DNA from: Candidatus Aquidulcis sp.
GTDB taxonomy: Bacteria > Chloroflexota > Anaerolineae > Anaerolineales > UBA4823
Reading direction: 5' to 3'
Assembly: GCA_020723385.1 (NCBI GenBank)
Contig: DYIZ01000013.1
Coordinates: 1,733 to 65,732, forward strand
DNA: 64,000 bases
Shown: piece by piece, positions 38,004 through 47,835 of the stretch
Position numbering within the stretch: the stretch's first letter is position 1
How the letters are laid out: each line of letters starts with the position of its first letter
The notes under the pieces: generated by a model
Told to the model about the DNA's origin: nothing
What the model saw: the letters and a program-made list of their open reading frames with translations, nothing else
The model's database searches: none
Program-made: the position numbers and the translations under genes

Positions 38004-40223
38004 ATGACCACTTCCAATTCCGTCACCTTCACCGTCGTCAAACATCTGCCTTTCGGGCTGCTGGTTCAGCTCGAAGATGGGCGCAGCGGCGTCATCCGGG
38101 TACGCGAGACCTCGTGGAGCGCCGAGGAGCGTCAAAACTGGCAGCAGATGTTCCCGGCGGGGTGGCAATCACGCGCCGTGATCCTGAAAATGGGCGACGA
38201 CGGACACCTGGAATTGAGCCTGCGATTGGCGCGCAACGATCCCTGGGAGCAGGTTCCGGGCCGCTACCGCAAGGGGCAGGTGATCCAGGGAGTTGTCACC
38301 GGCCTGACGAACTACGGTGTGTTCGTCCAGCTTACCGAGGGCGTCACTGGCTTGCTGCACGCCTCGCAGCTCCCCGATTGGGTCCAGCCCAACCCATTGG
38401 AATTATTCTGGCCCGGCGATCACGTGCGGGTGAAGATCGAACAAATAGACCTGGCGCACCGCCGTATCAGCCTGGGGCTGGCGACATCTGCCTTGCCAAT
38501 AGAACCCCAACCGGTTCAGCCGCGCCCCACCCGGCCTGCCACCACCCCACTCGCCGGCAGGTCATCCCCCAGAATCACGCTCGACCAATTCCTGCGATCC
38601 GGATTCCCCCGGCAGTTCATCCTCATCGTCGAGGATGATCCCATTCAATCCACGGCGGTTGCCACCTGGTTGAGCAAAGTTGGCCAGCGGGTGGTTGTGG
38701 CGGCCAATGGGGCTGAAGCGCTTGCCTGGCTCGACCGGGAATGCCCCGACATCGCCCTGGTAGACCTTGGGCTGCCCGATACCCTGGGGAGCGACCTGGC
38801 CCGCCAGATCCGCCAGCGCTGGCCGCAAGTGAAATGCACCCTCGCCACCGACTGGGCGCGCGCCGACGAGCACACCCGCGATCTGGAAACGTTGAGCGCG
38901 GCGGGTGTGGGGCTGCTGCTCAAGCCGCTGCTGCCCGATGATCTGCTGGATCTATTGCAAAATCGAACGCTTCCGGCTTCGGTATTAACCGGCGAGCCGA
39001 TTCAGCCTGCCCTGCGTCAGTTCGATCTGCCCTCGCCGGGACGACAGGCTATGCAAGCTGCGCTGCTCGCCCTGCTCGACCGCTGCCGGTCGCAAACCAG
39101 CTTCGAGGCAGCCTTTCTCTTCGCGGTGGACACTGCCCAGCGAACGGTCGAGATCGTGCAGCGCAGCGGAGGCGGCGCGATCAATAAGGATGCTTTGCCG
39201 TCCGTCATCTACAGCCCGGTGCGTGACGCTGCCGAAGACGGGGAAGTGGTGGCAGTGGAGCGGCTGACCGAGCAAGATGCCCGCCGGTTTCGCTACCTGC
39301 TGGATTTCTACGGGCTGGCGGCGTGCCTGGGCGTGCCGGTTCCGGCGGGCGCGCCGGTGAAGCACGCCCTGATGCTGCTCGACAGCCGGACGCGGGCGAT
39401 CCCCTCCGAAGCGGTTGCTTTCACTCAATCGGCGGCGCTTGCCCTGGGGGCGCTGCTCGACCGGCAGGCATTCCAAGAGCAGGCTATTCTCGTTCAGCGC
39501 ACTGCCCTGCTCGGACACCTGACCCGCGGGCTGGTGCATGAGATCAACCATCAACTCAACCCGTTGATCTTCTCTGCCGACAGCCTGGAAAAATCACTGG
39601 AGGACATCTCTGCGCGGGCCGCTTCGCCCGAGAGCGTGAGGCAAAAGGCGCAGGAAGCTTCCGGCTACCTGGCCGATGTGCAAAAAGCGGCGCTCTCGCT
39701 GACCAGCACGACGCGGCAGTTCGGGCGTATCCTCACCCGCAACCGTCCGCAGCTTCTGCGGGTGGATGAGCTGATCCTCGAAACGGCTTATTTGCTGAAG
39801 GATGCCAGCCGCCAGGCGAAGGTGAGCATCGAGCTGGCAGCGACCAACGCGCTGGTGTTGGTGCGCAGTGAAGGTTCGGCCATCGAGCAGGTTTTACTCA
39901 ACGTGCTGCTCAACGCCGTTCAGCAAATCGGCGAATGCCGCCCCACCAGCGGCGGGTGGGTACAGGTGCGTATCGAAACCTTTACCCCACCGTCGGGGCA
40001 GATCATGTGCCGGATATCGGTCGAAGATAATGGGCCGGGGATTCACCTGCGCCTATGGGAGCAAATCTTCGAGATTGGTTATTCCACCCGCAAGGAAGGC
40101 AGCGGGATGGGGTTATATATCTCCCGCAGCCTGATGGAAGCTGCAGGGGGCAAAATCTATGTGGCGGACAGCCACATTTTGAGCGGGACGACTTTTGCGC
40201 TCGAGCTGCCCTGCCAGGTATGA
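38004..40223 (+). CDS. Hybrid histidine kinase with two N-terminal S1 RNA-binding domains (S1-S1-REC-GAF-HisKA-HATPase)
   Basis: S1: FGLLVQL..GRSGVI, DPWE linker, GVVTGLTNYGVFVQL.EGVTGLLHASQL...RRISLGL; REC: VEDD, VDLGLPD, LLKP; kinase: HEINHQL, NVLLNAVQ, DNGPGI, GSGMGL. Confidence 0.88.
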   Translation: MTTSNSVTFTVVKHLPFGLLVQLEDGRSGVIRVRETSWSAEERQNWQQMFPAGWQSRAVILKMGDDGHLELSLRLARNDPWEQVPGRYRKGQVIQGVVTGLTNYGVFVQLTEGVTGLLHASQLPDWVQPNPLELFWPGDHVRVKIEQIDLAHRRISLGLATSALPIEPQPVQPRPTRPATTPLAGRSSPRITLDQFLRSGFPRQFILIVEDDPIQSTAVATWLSKVGQRVVVAANGAEALAWLDRECPDIALVDLGLPDTLGSDLARQIRQRWPQVKCTLATDWARADEHTRDLETLSAAGVGLLLKPLLPDDLLDLLQNRTLPASVLTGEPIQPALRQFDLPSPGRQAMQAALLALLDRCRSQTSFEAAFLFAVDTAQRTVEIVQRSGGGAINKDALPSVIYSPVRDAAEDGEVVAVERLTEQDARRFRYLLDFYGLAACLGVPVPAGAPVKHALMLLDSRTRAIPSEAVAFTQSAALALGALLDRQAFQEQAILVQRTALLGHLTRGLVHEINHQLNPLIFSADSLEKSLEDISARAASPESVRQKAQEASGYLADVQKAALSLTSTTRQFGRILTRNRPQLLRVDELILETAYLLKDASRQAKVSIELAATNALVLVRSEGSAIEQVLLNVLLNAVQQIGECRPTSGGWVQVRIETFTPPSGQIMCRISVEDNGPGIHLRLWEQIFEIGYSTRKEGSGMGLYISRSLMEAAGGKIYVADSHILSGTTFALELPCQV

Positions 40224-40232
40224 GAGGCCTGC

Positions 40233-43200
40233 ATGTGCCGTGTTTTGATCCTCGATGACGATCCTTTCTTTTGCAAAACGATAGCCGAGCCGCTCAACCG
40301 GGTTGACGAAGGGCGCAGTTACCACACGGTGAGCGCCACGCGCGTCGAAGATGCGCTGCGGGAAGTCCGGCTGGCGGTTGAAAGCAGTAAGCCGTTCGAT
40401 GTTTTGTTGATTGACCTGCGCTTGAGTGAAAACCAGGATGGCATCGAGGTGATGCAAACCCTGCTGCACCTCAGCCCATCCTCGGACGCCATTATCCTGA
40501 CCGGTCTCGATGACAGCCCTGACGCCGGGCTGAGAGCCTACCAGGCCGGGGCTTACCGGTATATCTACAAACCGGTGCATCCCAAAGAGCTGGTGCTGCT
40601 GCTCCAATCGCTCAGGAACTGGCGCAAAGTGCAGCATGAGCGCAGTTGGCTGCAAGTATTCAACGAAGTGGCTGAGCAGGCGCTGAACTGCCTCAGCTTT
40701 CAAGACGCGGCCCACATCTTTGCGCGCGGAGCGCTTCGGCTGGGTTTCGAGCGGGCGCGCCTGTTCGAATTTACCTCCGATTACCCGGATATTTTGGTGG
40801 GCGTTTGCCAGGAGGGATGTGAAACGCTGGACGGGTTCGAAGGCGCTTTTTTTGCAATTGCTGAGGCCGCCTACTTCGAGCGGGCAATCCACACCCGGGA
40901 AATACAGTTCTTCAAGGGCCGTGAGTTGGGGCCTGCCTTGATGGAGCGCACCTTCGGAGAGTCTTTCTCCCCTCCGGTTGGCGAATGGGCCGTATTGCCT
41001 TTGTGGATCAGTGAAAAATTTGTCGGCATCATGGTTGTGGATAACGCCTCGCGCGATCATCGCATCCACGAGGAGGATCGCAAGCAGTTGCGCCTCTACG
41101 CCCGGCTGGTTGCCGGGAACCTGGAGCGCATCCGGCTATATGAACAGGAACGCACCAGCCGCCAAAGAATCGAATACATCGCCGAAGAAGCGCGCCGGAC
41201 AGCCCAGCTCGAAAGCGAAGATGCCCATCGGTTGGACCTTTTGCAACGCGCCAGCGTGGAGCTGCTCAACATCGCCAGCCAGGATGAGGAGAAGTTTTGG
41301 CTCACCCTGCTGACTCTGGCAACAGCGAACTACGCGCTGGGTTTCAACCGGGCATGGATCTTCCTGGCGGAAGCCGGCAACACCCGTTTGCAAGGCAAAT
41401 TGGGCGTTGGCCACCTGGATTCCCAGCGCGCACAAACCGACTGGGAAAAAGACCTCGCCAGTCAGATGACATTCGAGCGGTTCCTGCAAGCGCTGCACTC
41501 GAATACAGTACAACACACGCCGCTCGAAGGCATGACCCGTGATTTTGCGTTGGAGATCGGCCTGTTTGGCGGTCTGTTCAAAGAGGTGCTAGCGACAGGT
41601 CAGCGAGCAGTCCTGTCGTCAGAGGAAGCCCTGACTCTCCTGCCGGGGCCGTTCAACCGCAAATTCGCCCCGGGCGACTGCGCCGTGCTGCCCTTCCGGG
41701 CCGGTCGGATGGTCATCGGGGTCATGGTGGTAGATAACAAACACGATGGCAAGCCCATCCTGCCCACCACCCTCGACCGGCTTGAGACTTTTATCAACAT
41801 TGCCGGGCTGGTCTGGCAAAATCTGATCCAGCGCAAGCAGCGTGAGGCCCTGCTGGATGCATCGAACGTTATCCTGGGCAAAGCCAGCCAGCAGCCCCTG
41901 GGCGACTCACTGCGCCGTATCTGCGACTCGGCGCGCACCGTCACCGGGGCCGAATGGGCGATCATTTACCCATTGAAACCCGGCGGCGGGCCGTATACCT
42001 ACGATGTGCCCAACGTTGGATACTCCGGCGATTTCAACCCGGGTCAAATCAAGGATAAGCCCCGCCAGAAGGGCGTCGCGGCCCACATCCTGCGCAGCGG
42101 GACTCTGGTCGTGGGGGATGTCGGGCGCACAGAGAACTCGCCCAATGTCGAGAAACTGTCGCAGCACAAATTCATCCAGCGCAACGGCATCCACGCCCTG
42201 ATCGGAACACCCATCCGCAGCGTCGAGCGGGAGGAAATGCTCGGAATCCTGTTCCTCAATTACCGCACAGCGCAGACGTTCACGCAGCAAGAGATCATGC
42301 AAGCCGAGTCTTTCGCCAACCTGGCGGCGCTGGCAATCCTCAATGCCCGCCACGCCGAAAAGGTCAGCCGCAGCCTGAGAGAGGCGCTCTCCCGGGGCGA
42401 GACCAGCCAACGCGAGCTGGAGCTGATCCAGCGGGTGCTGGCTGACTCGTTGGCGAATTCCAGCGAGCCAGGTGTCATTCAAACTTTGCTGACCAACCTC
42501 CGCCGGGCGCTCGACCACCCCGACATCAACCCGGCGCTGGTTCTGCATCACTGGGAAGCCGAGACTCTGGAAGACGAACCCCGCGAAATCTTATTGCAAT
42601 ACACCCCCGGCCCCGAGGGCGGGGTCATCAAAACGCGCATGGGGGTCAGTGAAGACAAAACAATCCTGGCGATGCTGCGCAGCAAACATGCGGCAGTCAA
42701 AACAATCGGGCGCAGGCTGTATGCTCCCATTGCGTTGGGCCAGACGGTGATCGGCGTGCTATCTGCCGAGATGGACAACGCAGCCCAGGCCAAAGATTAC
42801 CAGCCAGTTTTGGAGCGCTTCGCCTTTGCGGCTGCAATGGCGCTGGACAACGCCCGGCAGCAAACTAATCTGCACCATGTTCTGGACGCCGCCCAGGCGG
42901 TGACCGCGCCAATCAACCTGAATCAGACCCTGACGGCCATCTTGCAAAGTGTGCGCAATGTTTCGCCCGATCTTTCGACGCTGACGCTGTGGTACCGCGA
43001 CCCGGAGACTGATTGCATCAAAATGGGGGCGTCTTTCGGCGTGCGCAGTCTGGCCGATCTGACCCAGTTCGATCCGGGACCGGAGAGCATCGTCTCGAAG
43101 GTGATGCGCTCGAAGCGCCCAATTTGGGCTTCTCCCCTGAAAAAGCATCACTTGCTGTGGGGGCGTTTCGTTCGGGATGAGAAAATCGTCTCATCGGCGG

Positions 43201-44543
43201 CTTTCCCGTTGCGCGCCGACAATGTTGATGTGGGGGCGATGTTCTTCAACTACCGCAGCGAGCACTACTTCACCGACGAGGAACAAACCATCTTCAACAT
43301 ATTGGCCGAAGTCGTTGCGGCCAGCATCCGCGATGCCCTGCACCTGGAAACCGAGCGCAAGGAGCGCCGCAGACTGGATGCCGCCCTGCGCACCACCTCC
43401 GCGGTCGGCGACTCACTGAGCCTGGTTCAGGTCTTGCAGAAGGTTCTCGCCTTACTGAGAGAATCCTTCCCCGATACGAATCCCTGCATCCAGACGTTCA
43501 ACGAAGACGACAACCTGCTCGAATTCATCCCGGCGGTGTGGAATTATTACCGGATTGATAACGAACAATACCGCGACCGGCGCAGCCTGCGGCTGGATGA
43601 GCGCGCTATCGCCTGCCGGGTGGCCCGGCAGACATTGGCAGAAAAGCGGATGGTCATCGAAAACATTGGCGATATTCGGGAGGATCCCGATTACCTGCCC
43701 CTCATCAGCCAGACCCTGTCTGAGTTGTGCGTCAGCCTGGTAGCCGGAGAAAATCTGCGCGGGGTGCTGGTGCTGGAACGCGCCCGGCTCAACGGCTTCG
43801 AGGCAGAAGATGTGGAATTGGTCAAGGCCATTGCCCAGCAGCTCAGCCTGGCGATCGAACGCGCGCGGCAGAACGACCAGCTCAGCTTTCGCAGTACCGT
43901 AGCGGCAGCCACTGCCTGGGCTGCGGACATCGCTCACGACATCAACCGCGAAGTCGGAGCGATCCGCCTTTATGCGCACTTGATCGGCGCCGAGAAGGAC
44001 AAGCCTAACAATATTACTGGCTATGCGCAGAAAATCGAAGAGAGCGCGGCGCGCCTGGCTTCCGCCGGCCCCTGGCAAATCCCCGAGCCGCGTCCCGTCA
44101 TCGTGGATACCTTCATCCAGCAATGGGTCGGCGAATTCACCCGCAACAGAAAAGAAACCATCCTGGTGCAATTCGATTTTCACTGCACCGGCGCAGCCAT
44201 CCTGACCAACCCATTCGCTTTTCAGCGGGTGCTGCGCCAGCTTGTGCGCAATGCGGCGCAGGCGATGGAACAACAAACCGAACGAAAATTGACAGTGCGA
44301 ACCTTCCCCGCCGAGGGGAATTTGATCGAAATCCGTTTCGAGGATACCGGCCCCGGGGTTGAGGAGGATATCCGTCCGTTGATACTCCAGCAGCAAGTCA
44401 CGACCAAATCGGGGCCGGGCGGTTACGGGCTGCTGCTCACCCGCCAGATGATCGAGGACATGGGCGGCAAGATTCGCCTCCTGCCCAGCCCGCCCGGGGC
44501 TGGCGCTATCTTCTCGATCAAGCTGCCCATCCGGCCCGGTTAG
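40233..44543 (+). CDS. REC plus multi-GAF soluble histidine kinase
   Basis: ILDDD, IDLRL and YKP receiver motifs; about 5-6 GAF repeats; AHDINRE, RNAAQA, DTGPGV and GYGLLL. Confidence 0.9.
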   Translation: MCRVLILDDDPFFCKTIAEPLNRVDEGRSYHTVSATRVEDALREVRLAVESSKPFDVLLIDLRLSENQDGIEVMQTLLHLSPSSDAIILTGLDDSPDAGLRAYQAGAYRYIYKPVHPKELVLLLQSLRNWRKVQHERSWLQVFNEVAEQALNCLSFQDAAHIFARGALRLGFERARLFEFTSDYPDILVGVCQEGCETLDGFEGAFFAIAEAAYFERAIHTREIQFFKGRELGPALMERTFGESFSPPVGEWAVLPLWISEKFVGIMVVDNASRDHRIHEEDRKQLRLYARLVAGNLERIRLYEQERTSRQRIEYIAEEARRTAQLESEDAHRLDLLQRASVELLNIASQDEEKFWLTLLTLATANYALGFNRAWIFLAEAGNTRLQGKLGVGHLDSQRAQTDWEKDLASQMTFERFLQALHSNTVQHTPLEGMTRDFALEIGLFGGLFKEVLATGQRAVLSSEEALTLLPGPFNRKFAPGDCAVLPFRAGRMVIGVMVVDNKHDGKPILPTTLDRLETFINIAGLVWQNLIQRKQREALLDASNVILGKASQQPLGDSLRRICDSARTVTGAEWAIIYPLKPGGGPYTYDVPNVGYSGDFNPGQIKDKPRQKGVAAHILRSGTLVVGDVGRTENSPNVEKLSQHKFIQRNGIHALIGTPIRSVEREEMLGILFLNYRTAQTFTQQEIMQAESFANLAALAILNARHAEKVSRSLREALSRGETSQRELELIQRVLADSLANSSEPGVIQTLLTNLRRALDHPDINPALVLHHWEAETLEDEPREILLQYTPGPEGGVIKTRMGVSEDKTILAMLRSKHAAVKTIGRRLYAPIALGQTVIGVLSAEMDNAAQAKDYQPVLERFAFAAAMALDNARQQTNLHHVLDAAQAVTAPINLNQTLTAILQSVRNVSPDLSTLTLWYRDPETDCIKMGASFGVRSLADLTQFDPGPESIVSKVMRSKRPIWASPLKKHHLLWGRFVRDEKIVSSAAFPLRADNVDVGAMFFNYRSEHYFTDEEQTIFNILAEVVAASIRDALHLETERKERRRLDAALRTTSAVGDSLSLVQVLQKVLALLRESFPDTNPCIQTFNEDDNLLEFIPAVWNYYRIDNEQYRDRRSLRLDERAIACRVARQTLAEKRMVIENIGDIREDPDYLPLISQTLSELCVSLVAGENLRGVLVLERARLNGFEAEDVELVKAIAQQLSLAIERARQNDQLSFRSTVAAATAWAADIAHDINREVGAIRLYAHLIGAEKDKPNNITGYAQKIEESAARLASAGPWQIPEPRPVIVDTFIQQWVGEFTRNRKETILVQFDFHCTGAAILTNPFAFQRVLRQLVRNAAQAMEQQTERKLTVRTFPAEGNLIEIRFEDTGPGVEEDIRPLILQQQVTTKSGPGGYGLLLTRQMIEDMGGKIRLLPSPPGAGAIFSIKLPIRPG

Positions 44544-44561
44544 TTTGGGGTGCAAAACGGT

Positions 44562-44628
44562 CTTCGACTGCGCTCAGACTGCCTGTATCTGCGCCCTGAG
44601 CACATAAGCGCCCTGAGCGCAGTCGAAG
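44562..44628. repeat. Second CTTCGACTGCGCTCAG / CTGAGCGCAGTCGAAG pair
   Basis: Same 16-mer as at 36661-36716, in the opposite arrangement. Confidence 0.8.
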
Positions 44629-44665
44629 GGTACTCTTGCACTAAATCTTATGGGAGTCAGCCATA

Positions 44666-46303
44666 ATGAGTGATAGCACATCTCAAAATCTGTCCGGTTG
44701 CAACCAGGCGCGGGTCCTGGTCGTCGAAAACGAGGACGAATATCGCCAGCTCTACGGAATCCTGCTCAGGCATTGGGGCTACGAGCCAGTCATTGTCGAA
44801 GGTGAAGGCCAGATTCTGTTGGATAACGCAGTGGCGATGAGCCGGGACATGCGCTGCCAATTGGCGCTGGTGGACATGCGCCTGCTCGACAATTCTGACC
44901 CCAATGATGTCAGCGGGCTGGAGCTGGTGCCAAAGTTAAAACCCACCCAATCCATCGTCGTCAGCGGTTTTGGCGACCATCGCAAGGCGATTATGAGCAT
45001 CAAACAAATGGGCGCGGTCAGCTTCGTCGGCAAAGAAGACGGGGCCGAAAGCTTGCAGGATGAACTCGACCAGGCGGCGCTCAGATTCTGCGCCAGCCGC
45101 CGGAAGCTGGAGATCATCCCAGGCCACGTGGGGAAGCAGGTGAACCAGAGTCTCTTTCCCGGCGTGGCGTCTCCTGCCGAAGACGAACCCGCCGAACTGC
45201 TGGCGCGCCTGTTTCCCGAGGCGAATCGCATCTCGGTGGAACGGCTGGACGACCCCGACCGGCAGATGGTCAGCCGGGCGCCGCGCCCGCGCTCGATGAT
45301 CTTAATCACCCACGCCGACGATTTCCAGCCGGTAGTGGTCAAACTGGCGCGCGCCCATAAAGTCAAAAAGGAAGTCGAGCGCTACCGAGAGCACATCGAA
45401 GACCGGTTGACCGGCAGCTTCAGCCCGCCGCTGAAAGCCTGGGAGACGTTGTGGGCCGTAGGCGGGATGGTTTACCCATTCATCGGCGCGACGACCGTCG
45501 AAAACTTTACACGTTATTATGCATCAGCCACAGCGAGCGACATCGAACACAGCCTGGAAATATTCTTCAAAAGGACATGGTCAGGGCTGTACGCTGCCCG
45601 GGCTCAGAACCAGAAAAGGGGTATCTTCGAGGCTTATTGCGATGTTTGGGATCGCGACTGGTTCGATACGCGCCTGGCCGCCTTCGAGCCGATCGTCCCG
45701 GCGAGCGAGATGCCAGCGCAATGGCGGCATTTGCATGTTCCCGATCCGGTTGCCTGGCTGAAAACGCGCATCCAAAACAAGGCCAGCCTGCCCAAAACCG
45801 CCCTGGCTGTGACGCACGGCGACCTGCACGGCGATAACATGCTGGTTGATGATAACCGCAATATCTGGGTGATTGATTTCGAGCGCAGCGGGCCTGGCCC
45901 GATCTTGCAAGATTTCGTCGAGCTGGAGGCAGACATCATTTGCCGGCTGGCTGGTCTGGCTGATGAGGATTTTGCCAGCTTTTACAGCCTATGCCGGGTG
46001 GCGGCGCAACCCGAAGGTCTCGGCGACCCGGCAAAACCAACCGCCGGCAATAACCCGGAGCTGCTCAAAGCCGTGCAGGTGATTGCCGCGCTTCGCCGGC
46101 TGGCAAAGGAAGTCACCGGCGAGGAAGACACACAGCAATATCTGTGGGGGCTGCTTTTCAATGCTTTGTTCCGCGCCACACTGCTCGACCCGAAAACGCA
46201 AAAACGCAGTTTGCAGCGGGCGTTGATGATGGCCAGCATCCTGTGTCACCGGCTGGAACACTGGAACGAACCCTGGCCCCCGGAAAATTGGCCCAATCTA
46301 TAA
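44666..46303 (+). CDS. Receiver domain fused to an APH/protein-kinase-like (TCAD9-like) phosphotransferase
   Basis: REC: LVVENE, VDMRL, FVGK; kinase: VVVKLA, KKEVERY, HGDLHGDN, IDFERSG, LQDFVELE. Confidence 0.8.
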   Translation: MSDSTSQNLSGCNQARVLVVENEDEYRQLYGILLRHWGYEPVIVEGEGQILLDNAVAMSRDMRCQLALVDMRLLDNSDPNDVSGLELVPKLKPTQSIVVSGFGDHRKAIMSIKQMGAVSFVGKEDGAESLQDELDQAALRFCASRRKLEIIPGHVGKQVNQSLFPGVASPAEDEPAELLARLFPEANRISVERLDDPDRQMVSRAPRPRSMILITHADDFQPVVVKLARAHKVKKEVERYREHIEDRLTGSFSPPLKAWETLWAVGGMVYPFIGATTVENFTRYYASATASDIEHSLEIFFKRTWSGLYAARAQNQKRGIFEAYCDVWDRDWFDTRLAAFEPIVPASEMPAQWRHLHVPDPVAWLKTRIQNKASLPKTALAVTHGDLHGDNMLVDDNRNIWVIDFERSGPGPILQDFVELEADIICRLAGLADEDFASFYSLCRVAAQPEGLGDPAKPTAGNNPELLKAVQVIAALRRLAKEVTGEEDTQQYLWGLLFNALFRATLLDPKTQKRSLQRALMMASILCHRLEHWNEPWPPENWPNL

Positions 46304-46320
46304 CAGGAAAGGTGATGATT

Positions 46321-47670
46321 ATGTACGAATACGGCCCACAGCACCCATTATCTTACCGGCAAGAAGTCCTGACTCCCCTTTTCGAGCGCATCCGCGTCGG
46401 CGAATCCTGCGTGGTGGTTGGTCCGGCCAGCATGGGGAAGACCCGCCTGCTGGATTTCATGATGCGCCCGGATGTGCAGGATCACTATCTCGGGAAGCAG
46501 TCAGGTGAAACCATTATCCTGCGGGCCGACTGCAACCGGATGGCGCAGGCCAATGAGTGGGGGTTATTCGAGATGATGCTCACCGCTCTGGTCGAGGGAT
46601 CGGATCAACGACCGAGATCCCGCAATTACCAAAAGCAGCTCAATGATCTCCGTGAACCTGTCATTTTGCGGGAAAACGCGCTTTTAGCCAACCGGCATTT
46701 GGAATTGGCCGCTCGCAGCCTGATCAAAGAAGCCGGGATGAAGCTGTGTTACGTTATGGATGAGTTCGATGAGACTTACCGGCGGTTTCCCGCACTGGCG
46801 CTGGCAAAACTGCGCGCCTTGCGGGATCAATATAAGAACCGGCTGTGTTATGTTCTATTGATGCGCAATATTCCGGAACGCATCCGTGACCCGGAGGATA
46901 GCGAGAGTTTTTACGAGCTATTCTCACGGTGGGTCATTGGGCTTGGCCCGTATAACGATGACGACGCAGCGCGTATCGAAGCCCAGTTAGAAGACCGCCG
47001 CCAGCACAACTTTCCTATGCAGATCAAAACCAACCTGCTGAGGATGGCAGGGGGCCACGCCGGGATGATCGGCGCTTTGATGGACATCCTGACCAAACAC
47101 CCTGAATGGGGCCTCGACCAGGCTAACCTAACCCAATTGGCGGAACAGCCAGCGATATTGGAGGAGTGCCGAAAATTATGGGAGGGCCTACCCGAGGAGG
47201 AGCATTACGGGTTAGCCAACCTCCAGCGGGGGGCTTCGATCCCGGAGAATATCCGCACCCGCCTGGGGCTGAAGGGACTGGTCAAAACCGACGGAGCCGC
47301 TGCCCGCATCATTCCGCCGCTTTTTGGTGAATATATCCGAAAATTCGGGCCATCAGCCCCCGGGCAAGTCTGGCTCGACGAGAGCGCCCACACGATCCAG
47401 GTCGAAGGGCGCATCATCAAAAATTTGACTGCGCTGGAATTCAAACTGGCTGCATTTCTCTATCATCACATCGGTCAAATCTGCCGGTGCGATGAAATCC
47501 ACGAGCAGCTTTTCCCCAACGAGCCGGCATTCACCAACGAGAGCAATACCCGGATTGACACGCTCGTACGGCAACTGAGAGACTCTATCGAACTCGATCC
47601 ATCCCACCCGCGCTACTTGATCGCGGTGCGCGATGTGGGGTATAAGCTGGCTGCGACCGCGGAGGGATAA
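46321..47670 (+). CDS. STAND-type P-loop NTPase with a C-terminal OmpR-type winged helix
   Basis: Walker A GPASMGKT, Walker B YVMDEFD, AGGHAG; LTALEFKL...RQLRDSIE.DPSHPRYLIAVRDVGYK; start after AGGAAAGG. Confidence 0.85.
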   Translation: MYEYGPQHPLSYRQEVLTPLFERIRVGESCVVVGPASMGKTRLLDFMMRPDVQDHYLGKQSGETIILRADCNRMAQANEWGLFEMMLTALVEGSDQRPRSRNYQKQLNDLREPVILRENALLANRHLELAARSLIKEAGMKLCYVMDEFDETYRRFPALALAKLRALRDQYKNRLCYVLLMRNIPERIRDPEDSESFYELFSRWVIGLGPYNDDDAARIEAQLEDRRQHNFPMQIKTNLLRMAGGHAGMIGALMDILTKHPEWGLDQANLTQLAEQPAILEECRKLWEGLPEEEHYGLANLQRGASIPENIRTRLGLKGLVKTDGAAARIIPPLFGEYIRKFGPSAPGQVWLDESAHTIQVEGRIIKNLTALEFKLAAFLYHHIGQICRCDEIHEQLFPNEPAFTNESNTRIDTLVRQLRDSIELDPSHPRYLIAVRDVGYKLAATAEG

Positions 47671-47682
47671 TCCCGACCGGTC

Positions 47683-47727
47683 AACCGAGAATCGGAGAGG
47701 CGGTATCGCTCTCTCCGATTCTCGGTT
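47683..47727. terminator. Hairpin at the junction of the two convergent signalling operons
   Basis: AACCGAGAATCGGAGAG / CTCTCCGATTCTCGGTT followed by T residues. Confidence 0.7.
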
Positions 47728-47835
47728 TTGTTATTGCTTGGTGATGCTGGCGGTGGACGACAGTCCACCGTTTGCGGCGTGCGCATTTGAGACAGGGACT
47801 GTCGTCCCCTCTGAGCATAGGGGTGAGTGTGCGGT

